In this document: one piece after another, positions 12,901 through 26,900 of the stretch
Position numbering within the stretch: the first letter of the stretch is position 1
Layout: every line of letters starts with the position of its first letter
From: Nageia nagi
Taxonomy: Eukaryota; Plantae; Pinophyta
NCBI GenBank assembly: GCA_050084985.1
Contig: JBITNC010000001.1
Coordinates: forward strand, 5,580,001 to 5,644,000
DNA: 64,000 nt
Reading direction: 5' to 3'
Program-made: the position numbers and the translations under genes
Notes under the pieces: generated by a model
What the model saw: only the letters and a program-made list of their open reading frames with translations
Database searches by the model: none
Told to the model about the DNA's origin: nothing

Positions 12901-15900
12901 GAAATCTAGTGATTACAGGAATTTATGTGTGAATGTTGAGCTTAACAGAGGCATAGCTTAAACCAGAGTAGATTTTTGGGCCCATACCCCACAAGCTTTA
13001 TTGGTTTGGCACCTTGACTAGATTACCCAACCATGGAAGGAATTAAATTCAAGTTTGAGTAATTTTAATTATGCAAATTTAAATTTCAAGATTGAAAATA
13101 TTTAAAGGAATTTATCTTTACATAAGACAAATAAGGAGGAAATAAATTTTAAATTGAAAGATTAATTTTGGAGTTATTTTATTTAATTTGAAAAGTAAAT
13201 TAAATTAGGAGGGATAAAGTGTTTTACTTTAGTATTCAAAATTTTGAATTTTGGAGGGAAAGTAAGATGCAAATGTGAAAAGCAAAATTCAAATATCTTA
13301 GAGACACTATAAAGCCATACGTGGGAGTGGAAGGAGAGCACATCAATTTTGAAGAGATAAATTCAAAAATTAAAATCTAGAGGTAATTCATTTGGCAGTT
13401 GAGACTTGGAGGTATACAGTGAGCATCAAGATAACTTAGAAACCTTCATGGTACTTTCAAGAAATTTATTAGGCAATTAAGCACCAAAGGTCAATCATGG
13501 ATCTTGAAAGATAATTACCATGCTTGAGCTAGTTTGTTAGGACCAAGGAGATAATAAAAATTGGAATATTGAGCTTCAAGAAGGCATTGAGAACACACAT
13601 CCATTAAAGGAGAGCAATTCATACCATTCTTAGAACAATTTTGATAAGTAAGGGGAAAATTATATCCTTATCTTCATGGAAACATCAAATTTCCTTAAGG
13701 AACAAGGGAGACCAAGTTCCAACCTTACTAGAATTAAATGTTCTATTTCAATATTACTCCTCACTTCCTTAAAATTACAATGGAACTCACATATTTTAGT
13801 ATTTTTTGGAATATATGGGATTCAAAATTAAATTAGAGCAATTATCACAATATCATCCAAGCATAACAAAGGGGAACCCTTCATAGAGAGAGCTCTAATA
13901 TTTACACAATATTTGCTTCTATTGTAAGGTAACATGTAATGATCCAATAGGATCTCCAATACATATCAGTAAATTAAATGCAAATTCAATTAAACTAGGG
14001 CATATAATGTACAAACTCAAACCCTAAAGTGCCAACATTGGGCTCCCACAAGCACAATATCACTACACAATGCCAATGATGGGCCTAATATAATAATACA
14101 CAACACAACAATACTCACAAAGATAATGTCTAGACTACACATGCAAAAATGCACTAAATGATGCCAAAATAAAAATATAATGCTGAGATCCAAAGTGCCC
14201 ATGATTTCTATTTAGATGTATAATGAGTGTCAATACAAAACCTAGCCCAAAGGGCTAACATCATCCTTCTAGGAGCTAAAATGGGTCATATAAACTATTT
14301 GATGATTTTAGACTATTTGTGGGATAGTAGTGCCTCCTCACAACCTTATTCTTCCCCACCAAATGGGCCCTCCTTACATCTAGATACCCACTCACATGGT
14401 AGATACTCTTCCTTGGATACTATCAAATGAGCAATGGTGCTCCACCAATGTCATATATTTCCAATATCCCTCAACTTAACAACCCTCTTAGGTGCTCCAC
14501 CTAAGGAATACACTTAGCATTGCATTAAGGTTGTGTCCACCAGAAGATGTAGAAGTTTAAGTGTAATAATAATCAACTATGTTCATAAAATGAGCCTCTA
14601 AGTATTCTTATACTCTCAACTAGGTTCTGGATCTCACCTTGGAATCATCACTAGGTTCTAAGGCCCCAATGTTAGCCTCTAGAGGACTCAAGATGCCCAA
14701 CATGGGTGCCTAGGTATCATGTATGCCAACATGGGATTCTTGGGTGCCATAACTACCAACGTAGGGTCAAGGGGTGCCATGCATGCCCACATGGTTCTAG
14801 GTTCCATGCATGGGAGCCTAGGTGTCTATGATGGTCCAACATGGGATCTAGGGGATTCCCCAAGGCTGGTGCAAGCATGCAATCCTCAATCCTAGTTAAT
14901 TAATATATACAACCTCTTGGGATTCCCATAATCAAGTTTTAGATCTCCAAGTACATTAATTTATCCTATTCAACACTTGGGAGGGATATGTCCCACTAGG
15001 GGCTTATAGTGGGGTCCATGGACCAATTAATTTATATCCCAAGTTATACAAAATAATTACAAAATAACTACAAGATAAGTTTTAAACAAACTCCAAAATG
15101 GATGTTATTAAAATATTCTTTTTGGCTCTTACATTATTTTTATATAATACAAAAGTGATATTACAAAGCCTCCCTCCAAATATTGCTTACCCTCAAGAAA
15201 TTACAGTATGATCCAAGGTCCCAAACCCATATTAAGGGATAGAGTCCATCATGTTCAAGTGAAGGAATCATATCTATTATGTTGGAATGTATAATGCATT
15301 ATTGTAAAGGTTTGTATTAATCCTCTTTGTAAATTCACTAATACTTAAAGGTATCATTAGATACCTTAAGTATTTAAGTGAATATGATAATGTAACTTGT
15401 CCTGCACTCCATCTCATGAGCATACCTCTTTGGTAAAAGGGAGTGCATGTCATGCCTTTGTATATTAGGTAAAAGGGTGATCCAAAGAGGGATTTTGGCC
15501 TATAAATAGAAGTTTTCCTCTTTTTTATCATAAAATAATTTGTGAAGTAAAGTTATGCTAGAGGATAGTGTTTAGGAGATGAGTTTAGAAAGAATGTAAG
15601 AGTTCATATTGTGAATAAAGTGAGATCTAGTTAGTGGATGTACTCCTAGTTGGAGAAACCACTTACATATTTTGTTATGTTGTGAGATTGCATTGTGAGT
15701 TATTTAGATGTGAATTGTGAGCTTTCATGAGATCTTGGTAGTTTAGAGTTGTTTATGTTATATTGCAACTCTCTCATTTGGTATCAAAGCTCCTTGGAGG
15801 CTCCTCTTCACATCCTTAGTGTTGAAATTCGTCATCTTCAACTTGGAGGTCCTCTTTATTTATCCTTCACTCCATTGTGAGGTAAAAAAGATTCAAAGTT

Positions 15901-18452
15901 ATAATCTTTCTCTTCTCTTTATCTTGGATTACTAAATGATACTAACATTTCTAGTGTTATTTGTCTTTACTTAATATACTCATATATTGTTGTTACAATT
16001 TATTACATACTAATGCTTAGTATGAAATTCTTAGTGAAAGTTACTTATATTGTAGCAATAATATATTTCTTTGAGTATTTATTAAAATGGATGATAAAAT
16101 AACATTTTTTTACATTAACTACTTATGTAAAAATATTTAAAAATTTGCAATTCTTTTGCTTTAATATTTTTTACAAATACTATAGGAATGTTTTAATAGT
16201 ATATGTAAATATTAGAATAAAAGGGATTGCCTTTTTTTAATATATATTTGCATAAAAAAAATTATTTCTTAATATATATGTGTTAGAATATATTAAAAAA
16301 AGTAAAGGGGGGCATTGGAGTATGACTCAAGGGTAGGTCAGCAACCTTCATGGCCCATACACCTTTTTTTTCTAGTGGTTGACCTAGCCATGGAACTCCA
16401 TGACCCTCACTTCCTTTAGCCCTGCTCCCTTCATGACTCCCTCTTCCATTATGCATGTAGCTGAAACCTTACTCCCTTTGTGGCTCCCTCATTCATATTG
16501 CACTTAGCATGTTGGCATTTTCTATTATGGGAAGGGTTTTGTATAGCCCATGTACACCTTGGATGAACTCTACTTTGCCATAGTGGCCCTCTCTGACCTC
16601 ACACTCCCCTCCATTCTATAGCTCTCCCTCCTCTAGGCCCTCATGCACATGCATTTTTTGAAAGGAGGTCAAATAGGAGGAATTTTTCTATCATGAGTTC
16701 TACTATGATGGCCCTCTCTCACCTCATATCCCCCTCCCTTCTGCAGCTCTCCCTCTACCATCATGACTAGGCTATGTGACTTCCTTCCATGTTCTTCTTG
16801 CTACTGTCTCACCACACAGATATGATTTGTTTTTCCCCTTACTCCCTTATCTTACTTGAATTTCCTTGCTCACATGACCACATGATCTCTCCTCCATGCG
16901 AGGACTTCCTTATTTGAAGGATTTGGGATTGCTACAATAGAGATTTGCATTATAAGAGGGCCATTAACAATACCAAAGTTTAAACAACATTTTGTTTTGC
17001 ACTACCTTTCCTCCATGTGTAGCTATCCTTAACCATAAATTTAATTCCTTTTTCTTTTCCCCCTTGTCTTGCTTGTCATGTTTTCCTACCCACTCTCTTC
17101 CATCATTTAATCTAGTTCAATCAATTTCATGCATGGAGTAAAAGTCTCTTTACAATAGAGTAAACTATTTGTTCTAAATTTATTGCTTGTTATCATTTTT
17201 TTTTGTTCCTTTTTCTTTGGATATAAACTTCATTTACTTAAGCATGTTATAATTCCTTGGTAAATCTTAAAGTATTATTTACTTAAGTATGCTTTAATAT
17301 CAATTTTTTAAGTAAATAAGGAGGAATTTTTTTTTATAATTCTTTACTTAAAATTATAGATTTTAAGTGTTTGCTTCCTCTTAAAATACAATGCAAATTA
17401 TGGAAATAATAGAATGATGCATGCTTAGGAATTAATTTTTTAAGTTAATGATGCATGCTTAGGACTAAAATTCTTTAAGTTAAAAGATGCATGCTTCCTA
17501 CTTATTTTTAATGCATGTTGAGTTTTTATCTTTTATGTAAAGTTAACTTATGCAAATTTTGAAATTATTGCATGCTTATGCTTAAGTATTTATCTTTTTT
17601 TTTTTTGCAAATTTAACTTAAACAAATTATGGACCTATGTAAAGATGTCCTTTAGGGGTAACTAAACAAAACCCATTGGACTCTTAAGGTTCCAAGTTAT
17701 GAATTGATGATATTTAATTTTATGCTCTTTTACTTCATATTTCATGCTTTGATTTATTTGCTTATGCAAATAAAAATGCAAACATTGGTATGAGCAACCT
17801 GTTAAAATGAACACATCTACATATATATTCCACAACATGACTTATTTGGGGAACCATGAGGTGAGGATAGGTGGATTGGAGCCTTTAAGTTTGACTATCC
17901 AAACGGTAAAAATTTTGTACTTCTCAATTGTCCCTAAGTCCTTTGTTGGTCTAGACATAACTCTAATAGGTGGACAAGCATGTGTGTAGTGATACCACAT
18001 ATCTACACATCCATTCAAGGATTATCTTGATAACCTAGGAGGACAACTTGAAACCTAACCAAGATGAATAATTTTTCTGATCCAATATACATCATAAATT
18101 TAAAAAATAGCAGGTACTTCTCCTTGTGAGAGTATAATACTAACTAAAGTGAACTAGTTGAAGATTGATAGTACTTGGGCTCCTCTTGTGTGGATATCCA
18201 AGTGAAGGCCTAATTTTAGATAAAGAAAATAAACCTCAACAATGTCACTCTACATCTATAATTCTTAAGATGAGAAGTGTATTTGGGTACATAGGTTATT
18301 ATTTGTATTGTAAAATATTTGCACTTGTGAATCAAATCAAGCATGTCTTTAGTGTTAAATTTAACATGTATTATTTACTTGGTTAAAATTTAACATATAG
18401 TGTTGTTTATTGAACCACATGCTTATTACTTTTTCACATCCTTATGTAGCAA

Positions 18453-21400
18453 ATGGGAGACTTCTTTTTACCTAAACACATTCTTGATGGTTCCAACTTT
18501 GGTATTTGGGAACCTTGAATGAAAACTGCATTGTAGGCAAGGAAGCTTTGCAAATAATGAATGAGAACCATGTACCTCCTATAGATGAGAAGGCACTAGA
18601 GGCTTACAACATGAAGAATGAGTTGGAAACCTCCATGATCTTCCATGCAGTTTTAGATGATGTGCTCCTAATGATTTCTTCTTCAACCTTGGCAAAAGAA
18701 TCTTTAGATAAGCTTAAGCAAATCTATCTTGGTTAAAAGTTTTCAAGAAGGTTTACCATTCTCTAAAATTTGCTTCAATCTCATCAAGGGGAAGATGAAA
18801 ATTTGGCTATCTACTTGAACAAAATCATTTACCTAAGGACCCAACTTATTGCTTATTTTTGCAATTGAACCAATGATGAGTTCATGGTCTTCATCATTCT
18901 CTAAAGCCTTTCTTCAAAGTTTGGTAACTTTGTGATGGTTATGGAAACAAGGCTTAATGATGAAGAAGAAGTCTTCTCTCTTGAGAACCTTTCTAGGCTT
19001 CTTTTGAAGCATGAGGAAACCTTTAACAAAAAGATGTTGATTTCTTCTTCTAAGGATAATAACATTACTCTTGGAGAAACCAAAACTCTTTTCAAAAAGA
19101 AGTTCAATAATCAAAAGAAATCTTATCCTTCTTCCTCCAAAAGGTTTGAGAAAAGAAGCAATGGAAACAACAACAACAAGAATAATGGCAATAATAATAA
19201 GAATAAGAATAACAACAACAACAATAGTAACAGTAGCAACAACAACCACTTCAAGCAAAGAGATGGAAAATGCAAAGCAAATAATCCATATCCTAAGAAA
19301 AAGTTTGATGGTAATTATAACTATTATGGTATCCAAGGTAACAAACAAGTTGATTGCTATAAAAATAAGAGAGGAAAAGAACAAAAGCAATGGTAATGTA
19401 AATAAATTCAAAGGAAAGAATAATATTCAAGTTGTATTTGTTGCAATGCTCTACTCCATGTCTTGCTCTTTTTCATTTGATTGGATTGTTGAATTTGGTT
19501 GCACTAATCACCTATGCTTTGAAAAGGAAAAGTTTGAGAACTTTCACAAGTATAGAAAAGATGCAGTTGTGATAAGTGATAACTCTACCCTTGAATTCTA
19601 AGAAATTAGGAGTGTGTTGATTCATGGGAAGGTTCTTGATAATGTGCTCTTTGTTCCTAAGTTTAGGATGAAGCTTCTCTCTATGATCCAAGTTGCTAGA
19701 AAAGGGTACTATTTTGAGTTCAACTCTTAATCTTGGTGTATTAAGAAAGGACTTGCCACATTGGTTAAAAGGTCAATAAAAGATGATCTCTACATTATGG
19801 ATCAAGTTCCAACAAAGATGTGTCTTGCTACAAATGTGTTTTCTAGAGGCAATTTTTGGCACCAACATTTAAGGCACCTTTTCTATAAGAGTATTCAAGT
19901 CATGAAAGATAAAGAACTTGTGAAAAGTTAACCTTCTTTTTCTCCTTTGATTGGTCTATACAAGAAGTGCATTCTTGGTAAGATGCATAGATAAAAGTTT
20001 GAAAAAGATAAGGCAACAAAAGCATCTCAACCTCTTCAACTTGTGCATTCAAATTTGATGGGTTCATTTTAGACTAAGTTGCTTAGAGGAGCATCTTATG
20101 TATTGACCTTCATTGATAACTTTAGTATGATGACCTATGGGTATCTACTTGAGCACAAGGATCAAACCTTTGAGAGTTTCAAGAATTTTAAGGCCTTAGT
20201 TGAAAATCAAACTAACCTTAACATAAAGATGTTGAGATCAAATAATGGGAGAGAATACAATAGCAATGAGTTCAATGACTATTGTGCTAAGTATGGAATC
20301 AAGAGGTAGTTTATAATTTCTTACAATCTTCAGTAGAATTGTGTTACCGAAAGAAAAAATAGGACAATTATGGAGATGGCTAGATGCATGCTGAGTAATC
20401 TTCCTAGTTTCTTATGGGGTGAAGCTGTGAGCATTGCTATTTACACCTTGAATAGGTGTCCCATAAAACTTGTTCAGGGTAAAACTCTTTTTAAGGCATG
20501 GTTAGGAAGAAAAAATAACATTTTTCACCTTAGGGTGTTTGGTTGTGAAGCATAATCCTATATTATTTTTGAGAAAAGAAAAAAGTTAGATAAAAAAGCT
20601 AAAAAATGCATCTTTATGGGTTATGATAGTCAACATAGAGGCTACAAGCTCTACTCTCCATTCTACAAAGTCATGTTTATTTCAAGGGATGTAAAGTTCA
20701 ATGAACTTCCTAAAGAATCTACTTCTAATAAGGATGTTGATGATCCAAAGGACCCTTTAGTTGCACCTAGATAATTAGATATTGATGTAGACAAGTCATC
20801 TCAAAAACAAAACTCTCCAACTCAAATGGTAACAAGCAGCATGACCTTAAATAAATCCTTATTTTTCAAAATTGATAACAAACATAAGTCTCATCTTTCA
20901 AAGAAGCTTCAAAGTACGAGTGTTGGGTGGAAGCCATGAAAATGGAGTATAAGGTGCTTACGAAAAATAAAACTTAGGACTTGGTTCCTTATCCTAATGA
21001 GAAAAATGTAATTAGCAATAAGTGAATCTACAAGGTCAAGTACAATTCAATTAGAGATATTGAGAAATATAATGTAGATTATGAGAAAACCTTTGCTCCC
21101 ATGGTAAAGATGCCTATTGTAAGAATTATCCTTACTCTTTTTGTAGCTCAAGGATGAAAATTTTTTCAACTTAACATCAAGAGTGCATTTCTCAATGGTG
21201 ACTTAGATGTAGAAATCTTCATGAATCAACTAAAAGAGTTCATTATGGAAGGCAAAGAGTCTTTTATGTGCAAGCTAAAGAAGTCATTGTATAGACTTAA
21301 ACAAGCACCTAGAGATTGGTACAAGAAGATTTCAAAATTCTTTGTAGACATTGGATTCTCCAAGTGTTTTTTTGACTTTGATCTATATGTGTTCAATTAG

Positions 21401-22325
21401 GAAAAAAATATGGTCTTGATTCTCCTTTATGTGGATGATCTTTTGACTATTGGAAATAATGATGAAATCATTCAAAAGTCCATATGCAAACTTAAAGAAA
21501 CATTTGAAATGATTGTATTAATACAAGGATTGTACTTATCTTATTCAATCTAAGTATATATCAAATATATTGCAAAAGTTTGAAATGGAGTGTAGATATG
21601 CTACAATTCTAGTCTCTCCTAGAATCATTATTTCTCTAAGCTCCAACTCTTAGTTGGCTAATGCTATAGCTTATAAGCAATTAATTGGTAGTCTTTTGTA
21701 CTTGATTATTTCCAAGCTATATATTACCTTTGTGATGAATCTAATGGCATGATTCATGTAGAAACCATATGTTGAGCACATCAATGCTATTAAGCAAATC
21801 TTGAGGTATGTTGCAGGGACAAAGGATATTGCTCTCAAGTATTCTAAGTTGCCCTCATTTGTTCTCTCTATATTCTCTAATTCTAACTATGAGGGAGATA
21901 GAGATGATAGGAAATCAACCTCTACATATGTGTTTAGCATTGGTTTAGATGCTATCTCTTGGGCTTCCAAGAAGCAACCTACTATTTTTCTTTCCACCAT
22001 AGAAGCTAAATATCATACCATGTCTATTGCATCCTAGGAAGCCATTTGGATAAGGCATCTTCTGAAAGAAATTAGGTATGAGCAAGGTGGATCATATTTT
22101 ATTTCTTTAGATAACCAATCGATGATCTCTTTCGCTAAATTTATGTGTTCCATCAGAGAACAAAACATGTGGAAATCCAAGCACATTTCATTAAGGAGAA
22201 GGTTCTTGATGGCATCATACACCTGGAGTTTTGTCCATCCACCTTGAACTTCATTGATTTGTTCACCAAGCCCCTCCTAGAAGCTTAGTTCTATAACCTT
22301 AGGGATGCTCTCAGGTTGATGAAGT
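18453..22325 (+). pseudogene. Copia gag-pol pseudogene of element D
   Basis: Start MGDFFLPKHILDGSNF. Protease-like DWIVEFGCTNH. Integrase LTFIDNFS / LRSNNGREY / WGEAV. RT YVDD at 21428-21439. RNaseH DRDDRKSTS..WASKKQ. Many stops and frameshifts. Confidence 0.92.
19165..19248 (+). repeat. AAC/AAT microsatellite encoding poly-Asn in gag of element D
   Basis: ORF 18932-19396 reads NGNNNNKNNGNNNKNKNNNNNNSNSSNNNH. Confidence 0.85.
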
Positions 22326-23860
22326 TGCCCTCAAGGGGGAGTGAAGTTTGAATTCTTATGTCAAATTTATGTTTGTGATGAAAACTTCACCTCTAGGAGG
22401 ATTTTGTGCTATATATTATTGATTTTGTTGTACACCTTTATGGTAAGTTCACTCTACATGAAGAACTTGTACAAATTTTTAAAGAAAAAAGATTGGCCAA
22501 TCTAGCACTATTCATTTATCCATATGTTAGGAACTCTTATGTGTCTTTTGGCACTATTCAGTTATCCATATGTGAAGAACTTGTATGTGCATGCTCTATT
22601 TTGTAAGATAATCAACACATGTTTTATATATAATAGGTGACTATGATTTTTAGCTTGGCATATTCATGATGACTTATGGTACACCATTGATTAGTTCATG
22701 ATGGCATTCGTGTGATTCATCTATCCTAGTTGATATGAATATGTTGCATCTAACTGATCTCGTTATTTGAGCTACTTATAACTTGCAGGTTCTCTTGAGA
22801 TTGTAGGTTAATTATTTCCAATGTTCAAGCTCTTGGAGACTCTTCATGACTTCCAATTGGAATGTCTACTTCATGTACATTGAAACTAGTTGTGGTTAAT
22901 GATTGAATTTAGCAAAGTAGTGAGTCTCAAACTAGATCTTTCTTCACAAATATGTAAAAATTTCTCATCTTTGTTGTATCTATTTGGAGGAGAACTCTCT
23001 TACTTTCTCTCTTTCTTCTCTCTTATTCGCTCTATCCCAATAATGCATTAAGAAGGAGTGTTGGAATGTATAATTCATTATTGTAAAGGTTTGTATTCAT
23101 CTTCTTTGTAAATTCACTAATACTTAAAGGTATCATTAGATACCTTAAATGTTTAAGTGTATATGATAATGTAACTTATCCTACAAATCATGTCATGAGC
23201 ATGTCCCTTGGGTAAAAGGGAGTGCATGTCATGCCTTTGTACATTGGATAAAAGGGCTATCCAAAAAGGGATTTTGGCCTATAAATAGAAGTTTTTCTCT
23301 TTTTTATCACACACCAGTTTGTGGAGCAAAGTTATGTTAGAGGATAGTGTTAAGGAGATGGGTTTAGAGAGATTGTAAGAGTTTGTATTGTGAATGAAGT
23401 GAGATCTAGTTAGTGGATGTACTCCTAGTTGGAGGAACCACTAACATCTTATGTTATGTTGTGAGATTTCTTTGTGAGTTATTTATATGTGAATTGTGGG
23501 CTTTCATGAGATATTGGTAGTTTAGAGTTGTTTATGTTATATTGCAACTCTCTCAACTTATGCATCCAACCAACTCAACCTCAAGAGTGTGCTCAATGAC
23601 CTTCCATGAATCAACAAGTGTAGGGTGTTTAGGTCTAAAAGGAAAATCAACATGCAATTCCACAAAATCAATCCTAGAAAAATATTGGGATGTATGCATG
23701 TGGAAGTTTTTGAGAGAACATACTTGAAAAAACCTTAAGTAAATCTTATGTGACTATAAACAGGTGGAGCATTTGCTCCTAATATGAGTCCAAGATCTCT
23801 ATAATCCCAATGTAGAGTCCAAGACCCTTGCAATCAGTAGTATGAAGCCAAATACTTACC

Positions 23861-23974
23861 CATTCTCCAACCTAGGATGTCCATATGTTAGCTAAAACCT
23901 CATGTTGGATTTAGAACCATTCTCCAACCTAGGATGTCCATATGTTAGCTAAAACCTCATGTTGGATTTAGAAC
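23861..23974. repeat. Perfect 57-bp tandem duplication
   Basis: 23861-23917 is identical to 23918-23974. Confidence 0.95.
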
Positions 23975-26900
23975 TTCCCACATCCAACATGGCATCCTCC
24001 AACTCTTGAAAGCCCCATGAGGAGAATGTAGCCTCCCTCATGCTCAATGTTGGATAGCTATCATCATGGCATCTTAAAAAAATAAATCCAATATCCTCAA
24101 GACCCAATATGGGAAGACAAGACTCCTTTAAGCTAAATGTATGGTGGAAAACTCTTTTGACAACCAATGTGAGGTAACAAGTTGCGTCCATTCTCAATGT
24201 ATCCCTTAAGTCATATGCAGTCATCATAATAGTCCTATGATCTTGCAGAAGGGTCCCAAAGATAGTATTCAAGATAACAAGCTTTTTTTCCCTCAAGCAT
24301 ACATAAAATGCAATCTCAATTTCTTGAAATATAGAATGAGAATGTAGAATAGTATACCTCTTACATGCAAGATCAAACAAGGCCTTATTACCTTGAACAT
24401 TGGGGTCTCAAGCTTCATCCAATCTTGTAGAAATGTTGCTTATGTCAACAACAACCATCAATACATCAACAATATGTGTAAAGGTAGAAAATATTCCTTA
24501 ATCATAGGTAGCCCATAACAAGTGAAAATCATCCCTTACACCATTTTCAATGATTCTTCTTGCATAAACAGTAAGTTCAATTTTTATTATCTCACCATTC
24601 AGCCCATATAACATAAAAACTAATTCCAATTCTATCCCATAAAATGCTGAAGTTAAAACCCCATTCACAATGTAGGATGACCTTCATTTACTCAATGTTT
24701 TTGCTTCCATTATCTTTGCAAATGTAGCTTCTGGAATTAGTAAGTAATCTATCCTCTTTATGTTAGAATTCATCCTCTCTATTATAGTCCATAAATAATG
24801 AGTAATGGCACCTCTCAAAATGTGCAATGTGAAGCAATAATGTGAGTTAATAAACCCCCCATAAATCATGAACTTTCTTCCCCAAGTGATTGCCACTTTA
24901 TCTTCATTTGAGGTACTATTTTCTGACAATATAATTGATAAGCACGCATGTATAGATCTATCATCAAAATTAGCAAGTGTGGGCATCCAATCTTGTCTAT
25001 TGAAGCCTAAAGCTTCTCAAATCATTATACAAGTATTGTAGCTAACAACAACTTCCTTTTCCTTTGTATGTAGTTGTTGTTTATGCTAAAAACAATATTA
25101 GTAATTAGCAAATCAAAATTAAAAATCAATTCATACCTTCTCAAGGCAAGGTGTCCATACTTGGATACCCAAACACCCAAATCCCAAGAAACTAAAATGG
25201 TATTATGATTAACATGAAGGATTGATCTTTTTTGCACAATGTACTTAAAAATCAAAGACATGAAACTAGTGTGCATCTTTTTGCAAGCTAATATGAAAAC
25301 CCTAATATTCACATGTTCTTCCTCAATATACATAAATGGGTGTACTACAAAGGAACCATTTTGAATTTCTACTAGACATACCTCATGCAATGGTGCAATT
25401 CCTTGGCCAATGATTTTTGAGTTTCCAAGATTTGAAATAGTATTCTCTTCTTCCATGCTAGGCTCATTCTCCTCACCTTTCTCATCACTATCTCCCAAAA
25501 CCAAATCTAAAACAACAATGACTCTTTCCTCTTTCTCCCCAATGTTGTTACTTTCAACAACACCATGTAATATGGCTGATTAAAGTTACAAAAATTAGAA
25601 TTGTTAAAAAAATTAAAATTGTTATCATACCCTTTTGGAGTGTTTATATGGTTGATCCAAGGTTCTTCTTTTTCCAATTCTCCTTCCTTCCCAACATTGG
25701 GTTCTTGAACTCCTTGGTGCTCAACATGAGGTGCTAAATTGCTTCCTAGTTAATGTTGGGTTCCAAGCCTTCTTTATGTCTAGCATGGAGTGCTAAACTT
25801 TCTCTATGCCCAACGTGTGATGCCAAACCTTCTCTTATCTATTCTCAACATCAAATCTATGAATCTTATCAATTCCCCTTGGAGTTCTTCATTGGTATTT
25901 CTGCAACCAAGGTGGATATGAACATAATGATGGTTAATGTTGAACTCTTATTTTTGCATGAAGAGTGTCTTGAGATCTAAAATCTTTTCTGGATCTAATG
26001 TAATTTTCTCCATACTCTCTCCTATGGCTAGATCAGAGTGATTTAGGGATAGCATAAAACTCAATGTCTCTTCTTGGGTATTTTCTTTAGAGAGCTATAG
26101 TAAACTCTTTCATCTATGTGGTCAATGATCTATAGAGATGTGTGAGCTTATCATACTTCTCTATATCTTTCCATGGTGCATTAGTCTTCAAACCTTAAAA
26201 ACCTAAAACCCTCATATTAACTTTTTCTAATTATCCAAGATTATAGATAAAGACTTTTTATACCTATAAATGGCCTTCAAATCAGCAGATATATTCTCCA
26301 AACTCTAGAAAACTTAGTCTAGAAATTAAAACCTTTCTAAAAAACCACCATTTTGACCCCAAAACTTGCCTTTTTAGTAGAGTACCTCCTGATATGCTGG
26401 TTCAATTTGCTTCTAGTTGGATCTTATCCTCATAATATGGACAAATCCTAACTTTGATACCATTATAATGATCCAAATAGGATCTCCAAAAAATATCAAT
26501 CAATTAAATGCAAAGGTATTCAAAATAGGGCATCCATTGTACAAACTCAAACCCTAGAGTGCCAACGTTGGGCTCCCACAAGCATAATATCACTACACAA
26601 TAACAATTATGGGTCTTCCTAACACATACACACCTTACAATGCCAATAATGGGAAAAATACAATAATACAAAATATAACAATGCTCATAAATCCAACGTC
26701 TGGCCTACACATACACAAATGCACCAAATGATGCCAAAACAAGAATATAATGCTAAGATCCAAAGTATCCATAGTTTCTATTTAGATATATAATGAGTTT
26801 TAATACAAAACCTATCCCAAAGGGTTGACATCATCCTTATAGGAGCTAAAATGGATAGGTCAAACTCTTTGATGATTTTGAGTAGTCTATGGGATAGCAA

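Larger units (their letters stand above)
15280..23555 (+). mobile_element. Full-length but decayed Ty1/copia element D (8.3 kb) nested in element C
   Basis: 497-bp LTRs at 15280-15776 and 23059-23555 (TGTTGG...CTCTCA). PBS TGGTATCAAAGC at 15779-15790. PPT AAGAAGGAG at 23050-23058. Domain order gag-PR-INT-RT-RH. TSD is weak (TATTA/ACTTA). Confidence 0.93.

Noticed and set aside
18914-19601. Hydrophobic (18914-19411, minus) and Thr/Ile-rich (19071-19601) ORFs as membrane or env-like proteins
   Set aside because: They are alternative-frame or antisense readings of the AAC/AAT microsatellite in gag. Only the end of 19071-19601 is real (protease frame).
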